Origin: a virus
Taxonomy: Duplodnaviria; Caudoviricetes
IMG/VR virus record: IMGVR_UViG_3300022666_000098
Coordinates: 1 to 28,794 of that record
Length of the DNA stretch: 28,794 nucleotides
Strand: one strand, 5' to 3'
Below are positions 24,858-28,794 of this stretch, in pieces. The stretch's first letter is position 1. Every line of letters starts with the position of its first letter. A program made the translations under genes and the position numbers. The notes under the pieces were generated by a model. It ran no database searches and was not told the origin of the DNA. It worked only from the letters and a program-made list of their open reading frames with translations.

Positions 24858-25261
24858 ACAGCGCCGTGATTGAATATACCGAAAACGGCCAGACGATCAG
24901 CCTGACCGTGGTGCGCGCCACCGGGAAAATCGGCATGGCTCGCAGCATCATGACGTTTAAGGCTTACGAGGCCAACAAGAACGAGCCGGATGAGGCGCTG
25001 CGAGTGCTGCGCTCATCCATGTACCCGTCTCTGATTGCGCCGGTGATTGCCAGCAGCGGCCAGATCACGGTTTACGACCCGGCGGCGGAAGGCGGCGAGC
25101 GAGTTGTCGACATCGGCAAATGGCCGATCTCGTTTGAGGATTTCGCCAGCCTGCCAGATGGTCTTCTGGTGGAGTGGGAGGCGCAGGTCTACCGGCTCAA
25201 CCCACACTGGAACCCGGCTGGTGAGCCGGCGGAGGATGCCGAAAAAAAAGCATCGAGCTAA
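24854..25261 (+). CDS. tail assembly chaperone (gpG-like)
   Basis: GGAGG RBS; lies between tail tube and tape measure; ends EKK on an A8 run. Confidence 0.75.
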   Translation: MNSAVIEYTENGQTISLTVVRATGKIGMARSIMTFKAYEANKNEPDEALRVLRSSMYPSLIAPVIASSGQITVYDPAAEGGERVVDIGKWPISFEDFASLPDGLLVEWEAQVYRLNPHWNPAGEPAEDAEKKASS

Positions 25262-25521
25262 CCCGGCGCATCGTCCGTTTCCAGCGCCAGGATGATGATG
25301 ACCGGGAGGAGGAGCCGGCAGTGAGGTTGTCCGGCACCTGGGCTGACCTGGAGGAAGCCTGGGGAGTGTACATCCAGATGGAGGCCACCGGCTGGCAGTT
25401 CCTGCCGTGCGCCGGCGGCCTTTTGGATCAGCCGGAACTCCTGTGGACAAATGTCACCCGCATCGCCACGCGGGCTAACCAGCTAAAAAAGGACAGGGCA
25501 CCAGATGCTACCCAGCACTAA
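25243..25521 (+). CDS. gpT-like extension reached by -1 frameshift
   Basis: A-AAA-AAA slippery heptamer at 25243-25249; the -1 frame is open to 25521 and includes LP..GGLLDQP. Confidence 0.72.
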   Translation, partial: KKSIELTRRIVRFQRQDDDDREEEPAVRLSGTWADLEEAWGVYIQMEATGWQFLPCAGGLLDQPELLWTNVTRIATRANQLKKDRAPDATQH

Positions 25522-27670
25522 CGACTCTGGAAAAACGCTGAGGGTCAACATCCGATTCGACACCGACACCACCGGCGCGCAGAAAGCCGCCGATGCGGTA
25601 AAGCGCGTCCGCCAGGAGACCCGCGACACCGGCGCAGCGGCGCGGCAGTCGCGGGGCAGCATGGAGCAGATGAACCAGGCCGTCAACAAACTCGGCCAGG
25701 TAGGCGCGGCGATGTCGGTGGCGAGCACGGCGGCGCTCGCCGGAATGATGAAGACTGCTCAGTTTTACGTGCAGCAGGTCGGCACCGGCGAGCAGGCCAG
25801 CCGGCGCTGGCTGGGAGCGTCGAAGGCGTTGGAGGAAGCGCAACTGCGCGTCGGGCGGGCGGTGGCAAAGGAAGCTGTCCCGTACATGGAGAAGGCCGCC
25901 GACATCGCTGAGAAAATCGCAGACTACGCCGAGAAAAACCCGGATGCGATCAAGGCAGGTATGGGATTGGCAGGGTCGATCACGGTCATTGGCGGCCTAT
26001 TGCTATCGGCGAAAGCCGTACTCAAAACTGCTGCCGATGTAATTGCTGCGGCGAAGGGCATCGGCGGCGCAATCGGCGGTCTTGGCAAAGCAGCGGGCGG
26101 GGCCGCTGCCGGCGCGGGCGGGGCTGCGGGAGCCGGGGGAGCGGCGGCGGGGGCAGGCGCTGCCGGGCTGACTGCTGCCGGCGTCGGGGCGTCCGTGTTC
26201 GGCGGCGTCCTGGCCGGCTTCGGCGGCAACGAGCTACTGGCGAACACGCAGTTCGGCAAGCAGATCGGCGTGCAGCCGCTCAACCGCTGGCTGACGGTCG
26301 GTGCGTATGGTTTGGGCAAGCTGTTCGGCGGGGATGAGACAGGGATGGCCTGGGCGAAAAAGATCGGCCTCATGACCGGGGCCATCGAGGGCCAGGGCAG
26401 CGGCGGTGGGAGCGGCGGCGGCCTGCTGGGCGGGCTGCTCAGCCCTGGGAAGCAGCGCGAGATTGATTTCAGCGGGCAGGAGCTTGGCGCGTACATGGCA
26501 TATCAGCGCCAGGAGCAAACCGCCACCCGTTCGCATCGCATTGAGATGCTCAAAATGGAGCGGGATTACGATCGACAGGAGACGATGGATCAGGAGGATC
26601 ATAGCCGGAGCAAATACCGGATGATCCGCGACTACAACATGCAGGATACCTACCAGGAGCAGGAGTACCGCAAGAGCCGCTCCAGGATCATTCGGGATTT
26701 CCAGGTACAAGAAAAATACGAGGAGCAGGAATACTACCGCTCCCGGCGGATCGCAGCCCGCGACCACAACCTGGAGTCCGAACGGGCCGAGGAAGATCAT
26801 CAGCGGGCGATGTCTCGCATGCAGGAGGATCACGAATACCGCATGTGGGACATCCTGCGCAGCGGCGACGCCCTGGCCTACATGCGCGAGATGCGCCAGT
26901 ACGAGACAGACCGCCGCCGGGCGGAGGAAGACTACACCGTCGAGCAGCGGCGGCGGGATGAAGACTACGCCAACCAAATGGCGGACATGGAAGAACAGTT
27001 CCAGATGCAGCGCTCGAAGCGCCTGGAAGAATATCAGCGCCAACTCAACGACCAGCAGCAGGACTATGAGATGCAGCGCAAGCAGCGCCGGCTGGAGTTC
27101 CAGCGCCAGTTGGAAGACGCCGAAACGGACTTCCAGGTGCGCCGCAAACGCGCAAAGGAACAGTACGACATCCAGGTGCAGGACGCCGAAACGGCGTACA
27201 ACGAGCAGGCCACGCAGCGCCGGCAGGCGTTGCTCGACCAACTGCGCGACCTGCGCGGGTCGCTGGAACAGGAGCGCGTCCTGCGCAAGCAGTTCAACGA
27301 CGCCATGCTCACGGATCTAAAATCGGCCATCAGCCAGGCGCAGGCCGGCACCAACCTGCTCGGCGGCGGCGTGATCGGCAAGCGGGATACCGGCGGCTAC
27401 GTGTCTGCCGGCAAATGGCTGATGCACGACGACGAATACGTGCTAAATCCGTCCACCACGGCGGCGGCTGAGCGGATGACCGGCGGAAGCCTGACACAGG
27501 AGTCCGTCCTGGCTGCCCTGGCCGGCGCCGGCAGTACCAGGAAGGCGCCGGCCACGATCCAGTGGAACGACCACCGCTCGTTCGACAGCAGCGTCAGCCC
27601 GGAAGAGCGGGCGCTGATTCAGCAGGATACGCTTAACACACTGCGCGAGATCATAGACACACGGCTATAG
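25505..27670 (+). CDS. tape measure protein
   Basis: Ala/Gly-rich and hydrophobic region; long charged helical region with aromatic residues about every 11 aa; C-terminal GGYV...H..EYVL. Confidence 0.88.
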   Translation: MLPSTNDSGKTLRVNIRFDTDTTGAQKAADAVKRVRQETRDTGAAARQSRGSMEQMNQAVNKLGQVGAAMSVASTAALAGMMKTAQFYVQQVGTGEQASRRWLGASKALEEAQLRVGRAVAKEAVPYMEKAADIAEKIADYAEKNPDAIKAGMGLAGSITVIGGLLLSAKAVLKTAADVIAAAKGIGGAIGGLGKAAGGAAAGAGGAAGAGGAAAGAGAAGLTAAGVGASVFGGVLAGFGGNELLANTQFGKQIGVQPLNRWLTVGAYGLGKLFGGDETGMAWAKKIGLMTGAIEGQGSGGGSGGGLLGGLLSPGKQREIDFSGQELGAYMAYQRQEQTATRSHRIEMLKMERDYDRQETMDQEDHSRSKYRMIRDYNMQDTYQEQEYRKSRSRIIRDFQVQEKYEEQEYYRSRRIAARDHNLESERAEEDHQRAMSRMQEDHEYRMWDILRSGDALAYMREMRQYETDRRRAEEDYTVEQRRRDEDYANQMADMEEQFQMQRSKRLEEYQRQLNDQQQDYEMQRKQRRLEFQRQLEDAETDFQVRRKRAKEQYDIQVQDAETAYNEQATQRRQALLDQLRDLRGSLEQERVLRKQFNDAMLTDLKSAISQAQAGTNLLGGGVIGKRDTGGYVSAGKWLMHDDEYVLNPSTTAAAERMTGGSLTQESVLAALAGAGSTRKAPATIQWNDHRSFDSSVSPEERALIQQDTLNTLREIIDTRL

Positions 27671-27691
27671 CTTTATTTAACCAATCTGATA
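27666..27691. repeat. 26-bp palindromic site, copy 5
   Basis: TATAGCTTTA-TTTAAC-CAATCTGATA; overlaps the tape measure stop codon. Confidence 0.6.
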
Positions 27692-27700
27692 GGCGGCGAC

Positions 27701-28093
27701 ATGGCGAGTAATTTCAAAATTGGCACGACATTGCTGGGGATCGCATCGCTGGACGGTCTGACCGTGGCGGTGCCTGACCCACGGTCTACGTACGAGCCGT
27801 ACACCAAAGCGCTGGCGCTCGGCAACGGCACGGTGCGCGGCGGCGGTTGGCGGGCGGCGACGTGGCACTGGGATGTCATCAGCCGCGCACAGGCAGACCA
27901 GTTGCGGGCGTTCTGTTCCGGCGCGTCGGCGGTTGTGTTCATCCGCACCCGCACCAACGCCAGCACGGATCAGTTCAAAATCTACCAGGCGGTCATGATC
28001 TGGCCGCTGCCGGAGATGCGCGACTTCACCCGCCGGACGGACTTCAACATCCGGTTCCAGGCGATGGTCGAGCAGGCGGAGCCTGAGTCATGA
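27701..28093 (+). CDS. probable distal tail protein
   Basis: 130-aa beta-rich ORF directly after the tape measure gene. Confidence 0.65.
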   Translation: MASNFKIGTTLLGIASLDGLTVAVPDPRSTYEPYTKALALGNGTVRGGGWRAATWHWDVISRAQADQLRAFCSGASAVVFIRTRTNASTDQFKIYQAVMIWPLPEMRDFTRRTDFNIRFQAMVEQAEPES

Positions 28094-28794
28094 TGGCGCG
28101 AGCGGCGACGGAAACCGAACTCGGCCTGCTGCGTCGGGACAACCAGTTTTCCCGGCTGTTCCTGTTCGTCTACAACCCGGCGGCGGTCTTCACGGCCATC
28201 CTGGCTGCTGCTCCGGCGTCCAATGATGAGGTGTCGAGCATCACCTACAACACACCGACCGGCGACCCGGCGGGCGTGCTCGATGGCATGACGCTGCTGG
28301 TCGGCAGCAGCGCCGGGGCGGACGATATTGGTATCGCCCGCGTGCGCAGCGCCAGCAGCGGCACGATGTCCATTGGCCTGACCTCTGAGATACAGTGGCA
28401 GGCCGGGCAGCACCTGACCGTGCTGCCCGATTTTATGCTCTGGGCGCGCAAGCTGGCGTTCACCGGCGGGGTGTGGAACCTGGAGGGGGAGCTCGCCTAC
28501 AGCGATCAGAACAAAACGATGGAGCCGGTGCCCGTCCTCGGCCCGTATTTCTCCGTGCTGCGTCTGGCTGGGGCGGTCACGTTTTCGCCGGATGCTGCGG
28601 CGTCGTGGTGCCCTGGGTCTACCGTGAGCGGGTATGCATGGTCTGCACCTGGCGCAGCGGCAACGTCCGGGATGACGACGGCCACGCCGACGATCACCTA
28701 CAATGCTGCCGGCGTGTACCGGGTGTCGTGCACGGTTACGGCGGCCAACACCCGCACGAGCATCGGGCACCGCTTTGTCTACGTCTACGACGAC
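28090..28794 (+). CDS. tail tip protein with a PKD-like domain (partial, runs off the window)
   Basis: ATGA coupling; frame open to the window end; DAAASW...YAWS...PTITYNAAGVYRVSCTVT. Confidence 0.75.
   Translation, partial: MMARAATETELGLLRRDNQFSRLFLFVYNPAAVFTAILAAAPASNDEVSSITYNTPTGDPAGVLDGMTLLVGSSAGADDIGIARVRSASSGTMSIGLTSEIQWQAGQHLTVLPDFMLWARKLAFTGGVWNLEGELAYSDQNKTMEPVPVLGPYFSVLRLAGAVTFSPDAAASWCPGSTVSGYAWSAPGAAATSGMTTATPTITYNAAGVYRVSCTVTAANTRTSIGHRFVYVYDD

Larger units (their letters stand above)
184..28794. mobile_element. temperate siphovirus-like prophage or phage genome segment (right end, and possibly left end, outside window)
   Basis: Recombinase beside a tRNA, then terminase, portal, MuF, protease, capsid, connectors, tail tube, frameshifted chaperone, tape measure and tail tip in canonical order. 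No tail sheath gene is seen. Confidence 0.93.

Noticed and set aside
26090-26190. GC-rich GCN/GGN repeats
   Set aside because: Gly/Ala linker of the tape measure protein.
26234-27241. 335-aa hydrophobic minus-strand ORF
   Set aside because: Mirror of the Glu/Gln/Arg-rich tape measure codons.
1-28794. CRISPR array, reverse transcriptase/DGR or att duplication
   Set aside because: No regularly spaced repeats, RT motifs or second tRNA fragment were seen within the window.

Overview
A GC-rich temperate siphovirus-like prophage or phage segment. The host cannot be determined from sequence alone; a monoderm, possibly Chloroflexota-like host is only an impression. Left to right it contains: tRNA-Arg(CCG); a small XerC/D-like tyrosine recombinase; a membrane-protein cluster with a lipoprotein-anchored FtsK/TraB-like ATPase; a VRR-NUC nuclease; a ParB-like/methyltransferase-like/radical-SAM module; terminase; holin-like genes; an extended portal; a 1174-aa MuF protein carrying Nudix, kinase-like and ADP-ribosyltransferase-like domains, followed by a putative immunity gene; a ferritin; an XkdF-like protease; capsid; connectors; tail tube; frameshifted tail chaperones; tape measure; and the start of the tail tip. 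Two non-coding systems overlay the genes. One is a repeated promoter family (TTGCNN-17-TATACT with CGCACGC just before the -10) that fires into short terminator-ended leaders, which suggests antitermination control. The other is five copies of a 26-bp AT-rich palindrome, mostly at gene junctions. A candidate ~185-nt sRNA lies between the terminase and holin genes. All protein calls are from motifs read by eye, not database searches.
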